A stretch of 64,000 nt of DNA, from positions 154,494 through 218,493 of the forward strand of contig NC_068991.1 of assembly GCF_001194135.2 (NCBI RefSeq), read 5' to 3'. Shown piece by piece: positions 63,127 to 64,000 of the stretch. The stretch is from Octopus bimaculoides (taxonomy: Eukaryota). Each line of letters begins with the position of its first letter. The stretch's first letter is position 1. Both the position numbers and the translations under genes were made by a program. Below the pieces are notes generated by a model that saw nothing but the letters and a program-made list of their open reading frames with translations, was not told the origin of the DNA and searched no databases.

Positions 63127-64000
63127 GTGTGTGTTTGTGCGCGTGTGCACATGTGTGTGTGTCTGTGTCTGTGTGTGTAATGTGTATGTATGCATGTGTA
63201 TATATATGTATTTGTGTGTGCACATATTTCATTTCAACTTGTTTGATGTCTGTAAACAAACCAACAACCTGGCTATGGCTTCCAGTCAACCACAATAGGA
63301 CACCTGAGCTGCTTGACCTTTGATATGTTGCCTGATTTTTTGTACACAAAAGAGGTTCATAACTATGTCTCAGCTGTTTTGTTGTTTGACCGATAGAGGG
63401 GGGGGGTTATTACCTTGCTTGGGAACAGGTGTGTGTGGCTGATGAAAAGCTCATCAATAAACTGCCTCAACAAACTCTTGTCTAACCCATGCAAGCATGG
63501 AAAGGTGGATGTTAAAACAACAATGATGATAATAATGATGACAACTTTCTATATTATACACATCATCATCATCATCATCATTTTAACTTCTACTTCTCTA
63601 TGATTTCATGGGTTGGATGGAATTTGTTGAAGCTGATGCCCTTCCTGTTGCCAAACTTCATCACTCTCCAAACAAGCCATTATTGTTCCCAAACCCAGAC
63701 TTGTTTTGCACAGAAGACTGGAAATGAACACCCTTACCTGTATGAAGATAATGCTCCCTTAGAATGATTACGTGATATCTTAACTAGGATACACACAAAA
63801 CCACAATCACACACACACTCACACAAAAACACAATCACACACACACACACAAAACCACACACACACTCTCTCTCTCTCACACACACACAAATATATATGA
63901 CTGGCTTCTTTCAGTTTTTGATGACCAGTCCAGGTGAATTTGACTGGCCAAGCTATAGTAGAAGACATTTGCCCATAGTATCACACAGTGGGACTGAACT

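Overview
AT-rich, microsatellite- and transposon-dense animal genomic DNA from a draft assembly with many N gaps. The SINE families and the style of a decayed C2H2 finger point to a coleoid cephalopod, most likely Octopus (inference). No prokaryotic features, CRISPR arrays, rRNA or bona fide tRNA genes were seen. The ORF track is mostly microsatellite noise; the real genes are spliced and were rebuilt by hand from GT-AG boundaries and reading phase. Three genes are supported. (1) CHP1 (calcineurin B homologous protein 1): minus strand, 7 coding exons, 5091-23463, 190 aa. (2) NDUFAF1/CIA30 (complex I assembly factor): plus strand, 3 coding exons, 27184-28981, 313 aa, head-to-head with CHP1. (3) An adenylate-kinase-fold protein: plus strand, at least 7 exons, 36623-56133, with one exon running into a gap. 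It has an N-terminal MGCGLS acylation motif, has lost most of the AK catalytic arginines, and carries an unexplained C-terminal ~100-aa domain, so it is probably a membrane-anchored pseudo-kinase. The rest is mariner, Tigger, maT, Helitron, RTE, R4/Dong and Penelope remnants, several SINE families, and several long fold-back hairpins. Most notable: the pseudo-AK, the divergent CHP1/NDUFAF1 pair (both human orthologs lie at 15q15.1), (TAA)n microsatellites acting as landing pads for R4/Dong-type and non-coding elements, fold-back dsRNA-capable elements downstream of the AK-like gene, and a CpG-intact 20-bp tandem array at the window start.
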